Positions 1 through 8,335 are shown, counted from the stretch's first letter. The stretch: 29,619 nt of DNA from a virus (IMGVR_UViG_3300025759_000468:1-29619); one strand, 5' to 3'. Notes: a model not told the origin generated them from the letters alone. Numbers and translations: made by a program.

Positions 1-309
1 AACAGGGCAGTCTTCTTCTCTCTTGAACTTAGCTCCACTCATCTCTAACAATTCAGCAACAGCTTCCTCATTAAGAAGTCCAGCATGAAACAGTAACTGC
101 AAGTCAAAGTCTACTGGTGTTTCAATACCTAGATAGCGAAGTACTGCTATACGTGGATCACCTCCTATAATTGTACCATCTGGTAGCATAGCGCCACTGT
201 TACCGCCGCGAAGGGCTGGTTCCTTTTGGTCTTCTTCTATTCTTCTACGCTCTTGCATCTCCTCAAATCCTTTATTGAGTAGTGCATATATCTTTTCACT
301 GAATGACAT
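1..309 (-). CDS. Partial CDS (3' end outside window), probable PD-(D/E)XK / Cas4-like exonuclease
   Basis: Manual translation from ATG at 309 is open to the window edge (MSFSEKIYALLNKGFEEMQ...DPRIAVLRYLGIE...LFHAGLLNEEAV...). The pattern resembles N-termini of phage PD-(D/E)XK exonucleases; the catalytic part is not visible. Confidence 0.5.
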   Translation of the reverse strand, partial: MSFSEKIYALLNKGFEEMQERRRIEEDQKEPALRGGNSGAMLPDGTIIGGDPRIAVLRYLGIETPVDFDLQLLFHAGLLNEEAVAELLEMSGAKFKREEDCPV

Positions 310-524
310 TAGAATTTCTCCTTACTTAGGTTAGTTGTATAGAATGCACAATGCACATGATCATTATCTATTTCACCTGAAGCACTGAAGGTAGCTACTA
401 CAAAGTTATCTGAATTTACTGCATAAATAACCTCATAATTATCTCTATAGAAAGATAGATCTTTGTCTTTATGTAAGAGACAAACAGGATTGCCTTCTAT
501 AGTCGGACTGTTATTCAATTTCAT
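309..524 (-). CDS. Hypothetical protein
   Basis: ORF track 309..545; ATG at 524 (MKLNNSP) preferred because it follows GGGAGG. Confidence 0.65.
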   Translation of the reverse strand: MKLNNSPTIEGNPVCLLHKDKDLSFYRDNYEVIYAVNSDNFVVATFSASGEIDNDHVHCAFYTTNLSKEKF

Positions 525-684
525 TCTCTTCCTCCCTCGCTCCATGAAGTGAATACTCTGATTCTAAATCATCAAGCCATGAGATGTCAAGTCTTTTTGT
601 TTCAGGATATACCTTAACAGGAAACATCTGACCGTGAACTAGCTTCTCTACTATGGTATACTCTCTTCCTCTCTCGTCCTTCAT
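511..684 (-). CDS. Small hypothetical protein (57 aa)
   Basis: Manual translation MKDERGREYTIVEKLVHGQMFPVKVYPE...; ATGA overlap with the upstream stop; fills a gap in the operon. Confidence 0.65.
   Translation of the reverse strand: MKDERGREYTIVEKLVHGQMFPVKVYPETKRLDISWLDDLESEYSLHGAREEENEIE
561..590 (-). promoter_or_regulatory. Possible internal sigma-70 promoter
   Basis: Minus strand TTGACA-N18-TAGAAT, inside a CDS. Confidence 0.3.
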
Positions 685-1259
685 GTTCTTAGTTCCTTCT
701 TTTCTAAGTATAAGTAATCTAATTGTTTTTCAGTTGCCCAAAAGAAGTCTGGATCTTTATGTTCTCCAAACTCTGACATCTTGTAGTGTACTCCAATAGA
801 TAATTCTTGAATTTCACTAACTTCAAATACCTTACCTTTTGCAGAGCTTATGTCATAATCAAATCCTGATTCATCTATACTCTCTACTAGATAGAGTTCG
901 CCTATCTTAAGCCTAGGTTCGTCAGCCTCTCCTTCACCTCTCACTTTGTCAAGTGTGATCCTGTCATCTATAGATGTGCCTAGTGCTTTCTGTTTCTGTA
1001 ACATAGCTAGACAGCATTGAGCATGTCCTAAATGTGTCAGTCCACTCTCAGGATCTAAGTCTTCTCCACCTTGGTATGCAAGTAGGTGGCGCATTGCTGC
1101 AGCTAGTAGTCTTGTCTGTTCATGCCCAAGAAAGTAATTGCCTGCACTATACTTCTCAGCTCCAAAGGCAAACACCTTACACATCTCAGCTATGCCATCT
1201 AGTTCTAGGAATTCTAGTGGTATTTTGTTATCAGTCTTATCGTTCTTGCTTGCTTTCAT
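681..1259 (-). CDS. dATP/dGTP diphosphohydrolase (DUF5664-type) with C-terminal extension
   Basis: Family motifs KND..K...., VFAFGAEKYSAGNY, AAMRHL, GEDLDPESGLTHLGHAQCCL. Confidence 0.88.
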   Translation of the reverse strand: MKASKNDKTDNKIPLEFLELDGIAEMCKVFAFGAEKYSAGNYFLGHEQTRLLAAAMRHLLAYQGGEDLDPESGLTHLGHAQCCLAMLQKQKALGTSIDDRITLDKVRGEGEADEPRLKIGELYLVESIDESGFDYDISSAKGKVFEVSEIQELSIGVHYKMSEFGEHKDPDFFWATEKQLDYLYLEKKELRT

Positions 1260-1452
1260 AGTTTATTTCCTTAATCATATTGTCAAATTCATACTGTAAA
1301 GCTGCTCGATTTATGGTGTCGTTTATCTTCTTTAACTCTCTCTCTTGATCGTTATCACCGTTACATTGTACAACAATCAGTATAAATAAAATAAACCAAA
1401 TAGAATCCAAACTGTTTTTTATCTTACGGATTTCTTCCAATTCTCTACTCAT
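1237..1452 (-). CDS. Small membrane protein
   Basis: Single hydrophobic stretch IWFILFILIVV; overlaps neighbouring genes. Confidence 0.7.
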   Translation of the reverse strand: MSRELEEIRKIKNSLDSIWFILFILIVVQCNGDNDQERELKKINDTINRAALQYEFDNMIKEINYESKQER

Positions 1453-1636
1453 CTCTCTGTTCCTTTAGTTTCTTCATGAGTCTATTGACTCTATTGATAG
1501 TTCTAATTGGGTCACTCTGTTGTGGGTTCTTTGATGTCAGTGTTTCCTGATCCTCCATCAAGACCAATCCCTCTCTCTCTACACCAAGCTTGGCTCTCCA
1601 TAACTGTATAACCTTCCCCTTCTTTTCGTTCTTCAT
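1445..1636 (-). CDS. Hypothetical protein
   Basis: ORF track; AAGGA upstream; operon packing. Confidence 0.7.
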   Translation of the reverse strand: MKNEKKGKVIQLWRAKLGVEREGLVLMEDQETLTSKNPQQSDPIRTINRVNRLMKKLKEQRDE

Positions 1637-1684
1637 AAACTTCCTTCTTCCATCCTGTGAATGTGAATACTATTAGTACATGTG

Positions 1685-1957
1685 TCATCCGATATCCCTT
1701 TCAACTGCTAAGTCTAGTGTGTCTTGATACACATCGTTAACTCTCTTGATTGTTTCATCATAAGTCTTAACAAATTGTGTCAGCTCTTCACCTTCAAGTC
1801 TGTCAAATAGTTCCATGTATAGGGAGACTACATCTCCTAACCTTTCATTGAATAGTTTAATCGTTTCCTTGTTTCTCATCGTCCATATCCTCATAGTTGG
1901 TGTCTTGTTTTGTGTGTCCGCATATTCTACATTTTCTTGTTCTTGTTTCGTAATCAA
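1685..1957 (-). CDS. Hypothetical protein (start uncertain)
   Basis: ORF track; a downstream ATG after GAGGA (MRNKET) is an alternative start. Confidence 0.6.
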   Translation of the reverse strand: MITKQEQENVEYADTQNKTPTMRIWTMRNKETIKLFNERLGDVVSLYMELFDRLEGEELTQFVKTYDETIKRVNDVYQDTLDLAVERDIG

Positions 1958-2006
1958 AATCGAATGTACTTACATTACATTCTCTACATACTGGCATCTC
2001 TGTCTC

Positions 2007-2201
2007 CTACTTGTCTTGATTCCTATCTATGAATTCTGCCTTAGATCTTTTGAGTATGTCAATGAGGTTCAAAGTCTCAGCAACTTTAGCTTTCACTCTT
2101 GATACTATATTCTCTTTAGCTTGCACTTTCTCATTGTGTTTCTTGTGTGTGAATTTCTCTTGTGCTTTGGTGAAGTCCACTACTTTATCATCACTCACCA
2201 C
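2007..2201 (-). CDS. Hypothetical protein
   Basis: ORF track; GAGGTG upstream of a GTG start. Confidence 0.7.
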   Translation of the reverse strand: MVSDDKVVDFTKAQEKFTHKKHNEKVQAKENIVSRVKAKVAETLNLIDILKRSKAEFIDRNQDK

Positions 2202-2424
2202 CCACCTCGCTTTTCATTTGGGTTATTTCTTTTATGTAATTTCTAATCATTGAGCCGAAAACTTTACCACGATCATTTAAACGTATTCTTTCTAAACACT
2301 CCAAAGCCATCTCAAGCTTCTTCTCTAGCAACGCATTTTCTTCCATAAGTGCTGCATTTCCTTTTACCAAAGCATCCTTATCTCTTTTAAGTCTCTTTAT
2401 TATTAGCTTGTCTGGCATCATCAA
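2191..2424 (-). CDS. Hypothetical coiled-coil protein
   Basis: ORF track; heptad-like segment LMEENALLEKKLEMALECLE. Confidence 0.7.
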   Translation of the reverse strand: MMMPDKLIIKRLKRDKDALVKGNAALMEENALLEKKLEMALECLERIRLNDRGKVFGSMIRNYIKEITQMKSEVGGE

Positions 2425-2725
2425 CAGTTCTCCTTAGTAGTTTCTTGTAAGTCTCTTCATGTTTATTAACTTGCTCTTGTAGTTTTCTTATAACTCCTTC
2501 AGCAGTTCCCATAGTTATAGCTGCATAAGCAAAGTCCGGCCCATGATCTCCTAGATAGGTAAGAGTGTATCTACCATCCTCATCTATGAGGACTTCTGCT
2601 ATCTTATAGTAGCTCATACCGGCGCTCCTTATATTTAAGTAGTTGTAATCATTAGTGTTATCATTTAGTTGTTGACAGTGATCTCTTATCTTTAGTATAA
2701 TGTATCTATAAAGAAGATCATACAT
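2387..2725 (-). CDS. Hypothetical protein
   Basis: ORF track; AGGA upstream; operon packing. Confidence 0.7.
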   Translation of the reverse strand: MYDLLYRYIILKIRDHCQQLNDNTNDYNYLNIRSAGMSYYKIAEVLIDEDGRYTLTYLGDHGPDFAYAAITMGTAEGVIRKLQEQVNKHEETYKKLLRRTVDDARQANNKET

Positions 2726-2764
2726 TCCTAAACAATAAGTGGTGAACTTAATCCCACCTCTTTC

Positions 2765-2974
2765 CTATTCATCATCTTCATCAAAGTCTAATCTACTAAG
2801 ATAGAGTATGATATCAAGTTGATCTTGTAGTGCTTCTCTATAAAGAGTAGGTGCTGTCATTCTTATCCTATCATCCTTTATGTAGATGTCTTCAATAGCT
2901 TCCTTGTATCCATACAGGAATTGTCTCATGCATCTATGTGATTTGTATTCCTTACTGTTCATCTCTACTCTCAA
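2765..2974 (-). CDS. Hypothetical protein with acidic C-terminus
   Basis: ORF track; start may be the ATG of MNSKEY. Confidence 0.65.
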   Translation of the reverse strand: MRVEMNSKEYKSHRCMRQFLYGYKEAIEDIYIKDDRIRMTAPTLYREALQDQLDIILYLSRLDFDEDDE

Positions 2975-3203
2975 TCGTTTCTAGTATTGCTTCTGCTGAT
3001 GTTGGGTCTAGTCCTATCTCTTTACTTGTTAGCATCCTTATACATTCTAGTTTCTGTTCAACAGTGAATCTCTTATCGTTGCATTGCTTAGCTACATACT
3101 CAACTGTAACTGTTGCACTCACTTTATTATCTGTTCCACCTTCAACAGCTACGTCATTAGATGTGCCGCAACCTATTAGAATTATAGGTAGTATCAGTCT
3201 CAT
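2952..3203 (-). CDS. Putative lipoprotein
   Basis: Signal peptide MRLILPIILIG-C with a lipobox-like LIGC; GGAGGA upstream. Confidence 0.72.
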   Translation of the reverse strand: MRLILPIILIGCGTSNDVAVEGGTDNKVSATVTVEYVAKQCNDKRFTVEQKLECIRMLTSKEIGLDPTSAEAILETIESRDEQ

Positions 3204-3754
3204 TAGAATTCCTCCAGCTCTGCTAGTATATTGACTTGTAGATTGACATCATATATCTTATTGTTAACCTTATACTTAGGTCCGAAGTAGATGTCTGCCT
3301 CAGTGGTGAACACTACATCTCCTATACTTATGTAGTCATGTTCTACCTTTGAAGAACAAGGTGTGAACTTAGGACTTACATGTGCATGTGTCACTTTAAT
3401 GTTAGGTATTAGTATCTGATAACATGCCTTGGCTACATCGGTATTTATCTCAATCCATGGTGAACCTGTACCACCTTGATCGTCCGAAGCACCTAGAGTC
3501 ACAGTGAAGTCCTTTGCTACAGGCAGTCTCAACTTCTTAAGATCCTCTCCTATTACATGATAGTTGCTTTGATAGTCTGGCTTGTCACGGTCTAGTAGAA
3601 TATTCACAGGTATGATAACAGTTAGTGGTGCGTCGTCTCCCTTCTCTCCTTGCTCTCCCTTCTCTCCTTTGGCTCCTTCTAATTGAGTGATGTATCTCTT
3701 ATTGATCTCTCCACAGCCCGCCGATATAAGCGCCGCTACTATCAGTGCTCTCAT
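3203..3754 (-). CDS. Putative lipoprotein with short collagen-like repeat
   Basis: MRALIVAALISAG-C lipobox; Gly-X-Y run GAKGEKGEQGEKGDD. Confidence 0.75.
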   Translation of the reverse strand: MRALIVAALISAGCGEINKRYITQLEGAKGEKGEQGEKGDDAPLTVIIPVNILLDRDKPDYQSNYHVIGEDLKKLRLPVAKDFTVTLGASDDQGGTGSPWIEINTDVAKACYQILIPNIKVTHAHVSPKFTPCSSKVEHDYISIGDVVFTTEADIYFGPKYKVNNKIYDVNLQVNILAELEEF

Positions 3755-3755
3755 C

Positions 3756-3941
3756 TTATGCTCCTTTATCTATTGATGTTCCGTAGTGTCTCTCTAATGC
3801 TTCAAACAAGAAGCCTTTATTAAGTCTACAGTAATGATCGTATAAGTATTCGTATAGCATCTGATCTTTATCTTCAACACTCAGTCTATCTATTTCTTCA
3901 AATACCATACGTTTTATAAGTTTGTCTATGTTCTTTTCCAT
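3756..3941 (-). CDS. Hypothetical protein
   Basis: ORF track; AGGAG upstream. Confidence 0.7.
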   Translation of the reverse strand: MEKNIDKLIKRMVFEEIDRLSVEDKDQMLYEYLYDHYCRLNKGFLFEALERHYGTSIDKGA

Positions 3942-3951
3942 GCCTCACTCC

Positions 3952-4278
3952 TTAAGCTACTAACTTCTCTCCTTTAATTTGTAGAGACTGTATTGTATCT
4001 AGGTTAACCATTCTATAACCCTTCTTCTCAATGTCATACACTGTCATGTATCCTTTGTCAATAGGTTCCCAGTTCAATCCCTTACCTGTCAATCCCTTCT
4101 TAACTCCTAGTCTACATCTCATGTTTCTAAATTCACCATTCTTTTTGATGAATGATACAGAGAAGATCGTCCCACCTGCTTTGGTTTCAATCAACTGCTT
4201 TAACAGTTTAAGTAGTGATGATCTGTGTATCTTATTATATGCGTATGGATAACCGCCTCTGTCTATTATTAGCATCAT
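3952..4278 (-). CDS. SH3/Sm-like beta-barrel phage protein (DUF2693/WYL-like)
   Basis: Motif FSVSFIKKNGEFRNM...VYDIEKKGYRMVNLDTI. Start moved to ATG 4278 (ATGA overlap with upstream stop, GGAG upstream). Confidence 0.7.
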   Translation of the reverse strand: MMLIIDRGGYPYAYNKIHRSSLLKLLKQLIETKAGGTIFSVSFIKKNGEFRNMRCRLGVKKGLTGKGLNWEPIDKGYMTVYDIEKKGYRMVNLDTIQSLQIKGEKLVA

Positions 4279-4631
4279 AGTTGCTCCCAATTCTTTTCGA
4301 TTATGTTTGCGATCTGTTTGAATGACCATGACTTTCCTTTGCTATTAGTTACGTCATTTAGTCTCCATAAGAATCTAGTATATTTAAAATGCCCCTTATC
4401 TGTCTTAGTTTTGTAGTCCTTTGGAAGTTCTCCATCACGAGAATTCATGCCAGCCCAACGTCTAACTTCCTCAGTTATATTATCTGCATAATCATCGTAA
4501 TCTTTTCCACTTATTTCGCACAACACTCCAAGACAACAGTAAGTATCTCCCCATTTCAATTGTGTTCTACCTTGCTTGTATTCGCCTGATCTAAGGGCTG
4601 CTACCCATTTTTCCATCACTTCTCTTTTCAT
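4275..4631 (-). CDS. Conserved phage hypothetical protein
   Basis: Common phage motif KWVAALRSGEYKQG...YCCLGVLCE...LND...SFKQIANII. Confidence 0.8.
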   Translation of the reverse strand: MKREVMEKWVAALRSGEYKQGRTQLKWGDTYCCLGVLCEISGKDYDDYADNITEEVRRWAGMNSRDGELPKDYKTKTDKGHFKYTRFLWRLNDVTNSKGKSWSFKQIANIIEKNWEQL

Positions 4632-4632
4632 T

Positions 4633-4794
4633 CTATTCTACTCCTACTAATTTACGTATTAAGTCCTTCACTCTCAGTCTACTATCTGCTAACAGCTCTG
4701 CTGATTGTATTGGGTCAGTCTCATAGGTGAAGTCTTCAAGATTCTTTTCAATCTTCTTAAGTTGCTTGATCATTTCTAGGTCTGTCACTTTCAT
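4633..4794 (-). CDS. Small hypothetical protein (53 aa)
   Basis: Manual translation MKVTDLEMIKQLKKIEKNLEDFTYE...; AGGAG upstream. Confidence 0.7.
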   Translation of the reverse strand: MKVTDLEMIKQLKKIEKNLEDFTYETDPIQSAELLADSRLRVKDLIRKLVGVE

Positions 4795-4803
4795 TGCAGT
4801 CTC

Positions 4804-5457
4804 CTATGCTGCTAACAGTTGAATGTTCTCTAGCAATTTCTCGTTATGTTTTTGATAAGCCTTAGCCTTTGAATGTTTACGTAGATTCTCATTCACAATA
4901 TTGTATAATGTCCACACGTTATTCCCTTGATCATCCTCTCTTCTCTGATCTTCAAACACTACGTCCTTAATTGTTTCCGTCTTTGCTTTCTTACTCATCG
5001 TAAGATTACCTACAATTTCTATCATTTTGTTTTCACTCAGTTCTTGACAAGTCAATTCGTTCAGTTCCTTCATTGCCTCCACTGTATCCTCAACTAGTGC
5101 AACAATCCTTAGAGGTAGTGACTCAATTTTCCTATCAAAGGTAGGCCCTACTCTGTGAACTATACGTTCACTGTCAAAAATGTCACCAGCTACTAGGCCA
5201 TTAGAGCATACTAATCTGAACACACCGCCTATCAAGTTGAATGCCCTTGATCCATCCGTTGAATTGATGACGCTGATCTGTGGCCTCAATCCACCTAGTC
5301 CTATGTGTTCGTAGTCAGTGAATACATAGTCAACTACTAGTTGTTTCTCTCCATTCTGTCTGAATTTCATTTCGTAATTCAGTCCTGTCTTTGCCAGTGC
5401 TTTGTCCATCATAGACAGCACGTCTGTATGTGGTAGATTCTGATATGTGTTGTTCAT
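4804..5457 (-). CDS. DUF932 domain protein
   Basis: Motifs INSTDGSRAF, GVFRLVCSNGL, H, and WTLYNIVNENL. Confidence 0.85.
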   Translation of the reverse strand: MNNTYQNLPHTDVLSMMDKALAKTGLNYEMKFRQNGEKQLVVDYVFTDYEHIGLGGLRPQISVINSTDGSRAFNLIGGVFRLVCSNGLVAGDIFDSERIVHRVGPTFDRKIESLPLRIVALVEDTVEAMKELNELTCQELSENKMIEIVGNLTMSKKAKTETIKDVVFEDQRREDDQGNNVWTLYNIVNENLRKHSKAKAYQKHNEKLLENIQLLAA

Positions 5458-5459
5458 TG

Positions 5460-5687
5460 TTACTCTCCTACTAGTGAATTGATTATGTCATAAAGTTCTC
5501 TGTGTAATTCGGTAAACATTTCTCTCTTGTGTATCTTAGGAAATCCTGAGCATGAATGTTCGAGGGTATTGCTATGTCCTATATTAAGTCTATGGTATAG
5601 ATCACTCAATTCCTCCATTGACTCTAGTGTTATAGTCATTGTTATAGGTTCAAATAGTTTTGTATTCTTTTCAATTGTCAGTTTCAT
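5460..5687 (-). CDS. Hypothetical protein
   Basis: ORF track; GAGGTG upstream; TAATG coupling. Confidence 0.75.
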   Translation of the reverse strand: MKLTIEKNTKLFEPITMTITLESMEELSDLYHRLNIGHSNTLEHSCSGFPKIHKREMFTELHRELYDIINSLVGE

Positions 5688-6364
5688 TACGCCACCTCAA
5701 GTTCTCTTGTTTCATTTTCAGTAGTCCACGACTTAGACTTAGCACCGTGATAGATCAATCCTATCTTACCTGATCCACTTAGGAAAGCTACCTTGTCATC
5801 CTTACTAGCATCGTCATAGCCCGCCGCTTCAAGCGCCGCCTTAGATTCAAACACTCTACTGTGTCTGTCGTTGTCCCTAATTAGGTGGTCAAGTTTGCCG
5901 CCTTCACTGAATATGACTACAAAGTTTGTCGGTGTTGTGATTCTTCTAAAGAAAGGTATCGATTTAGTGTATGCATAGAATAGAACGTCTTGATTTTGCT
6001 CCATTACCTCAATCCACTTAGCTAGGTATCCTGCTGAGTAGAAGTCACCACTGTCATGTATTCTCACTACCAAAGTCTTGCCTTTGGCCGCCGACCTCTT
6101 AGCCTTGCCAGCTATCTCAGCACTCATCACTTGTACAAAGTCATCTTGTAGTGTAGCTTGTAATCTACGTTCAAAGGCAGGCTTCACATTACCCCATACA
6201 TAAGCACCTTGCTGTGCGTAGCATCCCTTAGCACACTCCCCTGCTAGTGGGCAAGTCTTAATACCTGTCTCACTTTGATATGCAGGTATTCCAAAATTCC
6301 ATATGTCAAATTTGTCGCCGCCGCTCTTTTTGATTTTGCTATTCTGTGTAAGTAGTTTGCTCAT
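5687..6364 (-). CDS. GP88-family protein (radical-SAM-like Cys cluster)
   Basis: TCPLAGECAKGCYA and VRIHDSGDFYS...FYAYTKS motifs of phage Gp88. Confidence 0.85.
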   Translation of the reverse strand: MSKLLTQNSKIKKSGGDKFDIWNFGIPAYQSETGIKTCPLAGECAKGCYAQQGAYVWGNVKPAFERRLQATLQDDFVQVMSAEIAGKAKRSAAKGKTLVVRIHDSGDFYSAGYLAKWIEVMEQNQDVLFYAYTKSIPFFRRITTPTNFVVIFSEGGKLDHLIRDNDRHSRVFESKAALEAAGYDDASKDDKVAFLSGSGKIGLIYHGAKSKSWTTENETRELEVA

Positions 6365-6375
6365 GATTGTTATCC

Positions 6376-6585
6376 TTATTTGTCTAGGTCTAGTCTGTTT
6401 AAGAAGGCTCTCAAGTCTCGCGCTTCTTTAAATGTTAATGTCACACTGTCTCTTAGTTGGTCGTGTACCTTAGTACTCACTTCAATCGCTTGTCTTTGGT
6501 CTGGCAAGTTCACATATTCAGTGACTAGGAAAGCCTCATTGTCATACATTCCATTTACTGATATTGATTTTGAATAGTGTTTCAT
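6376..6585 (-). CDS. Hypothetical protein
   Basis: ORF track; GGAG upstream. Confidence 0.7.
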   Translation of the reverse strand: MKHYSKSISVNGMYDNEAFLVTEYVNLPDQRQAIEVSTKVHDQLRDSVTLTFKEARDLRAFLNRLDLDK

Positions 6586-6588
6586 TTG

Positions 6589-6687
6589 TTATCTACTCCA
6601 AGTGTGTTTATATGATCGTATCTGATACCAAGGCACTTGAGGCATTGGTCTTATGAGACATAAGCAAACTATTAAGTCTTTAGTCAT
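6589..6687 (-). CDS. Possible 32-aa protein
   Basis: MTKDLIVCLCLIRPMPQVPWYQIRSYKHTWSR; ATGA overlap with upstream gene; fills the gap. Confidence 0.4.
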   Translation of the reverse strand: MTKDLIVCLCLIRPMPQVPWYQIRSYKHTWSR

Positions 6688-6851
6688 TTCAGTAGCTCCA
6701 TTAGTGACTTCAATTCATCTGCCTTAGATTGTAAAGCTTCAATGTCAATCCACCTCATGTTTATTTCAGTAGGCTCTGGCTCTGGCTTAGACCTTACGTC
6801 ATCCAGTAATTTCTCATATTTCAACTCATCAATATTCAAAAAGTTATCCAT
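6684..6851 (-). CDS. Hypothetical protein
   Basis: ORF track 6684..6869; ATG 6851 (MDNFL) follows GGGAG. Confidence 0.65.
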   Translation of the reverse strand: MDNFLNIDELKYEKLLDDVRSKPEPEPTEINMRWIDIEALQSKADELKSLMELLK

Positions 6852-6984
6852 GTTCTCTCTCCCTTTCAAGTTCTAGGGTTTGTTTAGCTATCTCTACACA
6901 TAGTAGACATACACCTTCCTCATTCAGTTCGCTTGCCTCGACTACATCAAGACATGAAGCACATGGTTGATGATATACTCTCAT
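6844..6984 (-). CDS. Small zinc-finger-like protein (46 aa)
   Basis: MRVYHQPCASCLDVVEASELNEEGVCLLCVE... with two CxxC; TAATG coupling. Confidence 0.65.
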   Translation of the reverse strand: MRVYHQPCASCLDVVEASELNEEGVCLLCVEIAKQTLELEREREHG

Positions 6985-7232
6985 TAGGCTACCTTCCCGT
7001 GTTTGAATTGATTCATGTTTTTGTCATGGTGTGGCCATGAGCCTTGCACTTGTCCGCAGTGTCTACATATAGTGAATTGTACATAGTCCCCATAACCTTC
7101 AGGTCCTAACCATTCAGGTACGTACCCATCGTGTTCCTTACCTGATTTCACACCTCTAGTGAAACATCTATCACTACATTTAGCACTCACTTCTACTAGC
7201 TTAGCGGTTCCCCCGCACGATTGACACTTCAT
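6984..7232 (-). CDS. Cys-rich zinc-binding hypothetical protein
   Basis: CQSC, CSDRC and CRHC motifs. Confidence 0.8.
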   Translation of the reverse strand: MKCQSCGGTAKLVEVSAKCSDRCFTRGVKSGKEHDGYVPEWLGPEGYGDYVQFTICRHCGQVQGSWPHHDKNMNQFKHGKVA

Positions 7233-7233
7233 T

Positions 7234-7419
7234 TTAATACCCCTTTACTAACTCACTAATTTCGTAGTCTATATATTCGGCTCTCTCATATAGTTCCTCA
7301 AGGCTGCTACAATCTTCTAAAAGGTTTTCAATTTGAACTATTCTATGTTGTATATCCTGCTTATTTCGTTTAAGGTTTTCAAGAGTTTTCAAGCCCTTAT
7401 ACACTTTCAGTTTTAGCAT
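7234..7419 (-). CDS. Hypothetical coiled-coil protein
   Basis: ORF track; AGGAG upstream. Confidence 0.65.
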   Translation of the reverse strand: MLKLKVYKGLKTLENLKRNKQDIQHRIVQIENLLEDCSSLEELYERAEYIDYEISELVKGY

Positions 7420-7597
7420 TTTTCAACTCCTTTAAACAGGTGATTAGTTTGTCTATCTTATCGTCATTTAGTACAATACATACTGTGGATTCGTCACCAC
7501 CATCTATAAATACATCTAGGTATCTAATACCTGCAGGTCTATTGTCAACTACCTCTATACAATCCGCACTATTGGTACAATATATACGCTCTCTCAT
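7397..7597 (-). CDS. Hypothetical protein
   Basis: ORF track; GGAGAGG upstream. Confidence 0.7.
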   Translation of the reverse strand: MRERIYCTNSADCIEVVDNRPAGIRYLDVFIDGGDESTVCIVLNDDKIDKLITCLKELKNAKTESV

Positions 7598-7749
7598 GCC
7601 GCCTCTCCTATTCGGTTGTGTAATTTCACTAACTCACATTTACGTTCAAAGTCTGGCTCTAGTTCTATACATACTTCTACATAGTGTAGCTTCTCTTTTT
7701 TGGACATTTTAAGATAGTCCAAGGCCGTCAATTCTTCTAGCTTTTCCAT
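7594..7749 (-). CDS. Small hypothetical protein (51 aa)
   Basis: MEKLEELTALDYLKMSKKEK...IGEAA; GAGGT upstream. Confidence 0.7.
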   Translation of the reverse strand: MEKLEELTALDYLKMSKKEKLHYVEVCIELEPDFERKCELVKLHNRIGEAA

Positions 7750-7757
7750 TGTTTACC

Positions 7758-7934
7758 TCACTTAATGAAGCCTTGTTGTTTAAGCCAGTCCGCCGATGGT
7801 GGCGGCGCTTTATGCTTACGGTTTGATGTTGTCATTTTGCTGCCTTTTTTGGCGCGCTTCTCAGGATACCTAGTCACTTCGACCAGCTCCCCATGTAGTT
7901 CTATAACACTACGCTGCAAGTCTGTGCTCTTCAA
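7758..7934 (-). CDS. Small basic hypothetical protein (58 aa, TTG start)
   Basis: GAGGTG-N4-TTG; MKSTDLQRSVIELHGELVEVTRYPEKRAKKG...KQQGFIK. Confidence 0.6.
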   Translation of the reverse strand: MKSTDLQRSVIELHGELVEVTRYPEKRAKKGSKMTTSNRKHKAPPPSADWLKQQGFIK

Positions 7935-8070
7935 TTTTCACCTCGTTTATATATGACATTCCATTTAGGGATGAAGCTACTATAAGAGCATCATCTAGGT
8001 CAGCTTCAAATAGGTAGTGCATCCACTCGTTCGGTGCAACTACTGATTTTATTAGAATTTCGTATCTCAT
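7909..8070 (-). CDS. Small hypothetical protein (53 aa)
   Basis: GGAGGT upstream; MRYEILIKSVVAPNEW...EEHRLAA. Confidence 0.7.
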   Translation of the reverse strand: MRYEILIKSVVAPNEWMHYLFEADLDDALIVASSLNGMSYINEVKIEEHRLAA

Positions 8071-8261
8071 AAAGAAACCTCCCAGTTATCTATCAAGTAA
8101 GTGAATTGTTTAGGTGTAAATTTATATCTACTCGCTAAGTGATTAGTTAAAAATCCATACTGTCTATAATTTATATGTGCGTTAACAATAAAATAGTCAT
8201 CCTCTTCAGTATTACACCATAGATAAAGCTCGCGATCATTGTATTGTGTTATATCTCTCAC
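8067..8261 (-). CDS. Hypothetical protein
   Basis: ORF track; AGGAGG upstream of a GTG start. Confidence 0.75.
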   Translation of the reverse strand: MRDITQYNDRELYLWCNTEEDDYFIVNAHINYRQYGFLTNHLASRYKFTPKQFTYLIDNWEVSL

Positions 8262-8335
8262 TAGTAAAGCCCTCCTAGGCCTGTAATTACTGAAACTATC
8301 AAACTTGTGTAAAGTACTATCAACATGTAAATCAT
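8261..8335 (-). CDS. 24-aa hydrophobic peptide, first ORF of the leftward operon
   Basis: AGGAG-N8-ATG; MIYMLIVLYTSLIVSVITGLGGLY; its stop overlaps the next start. Confidence 0.6.
   Translation of the reverse strand: MIYMLIVLYTSLIVSVITGLGGLY

Noticed and set aside
1034-7956. Plus-strand ORFs in the left arm
   Set aside because: Antisense shadows of tightly coupled minus-strand genes.
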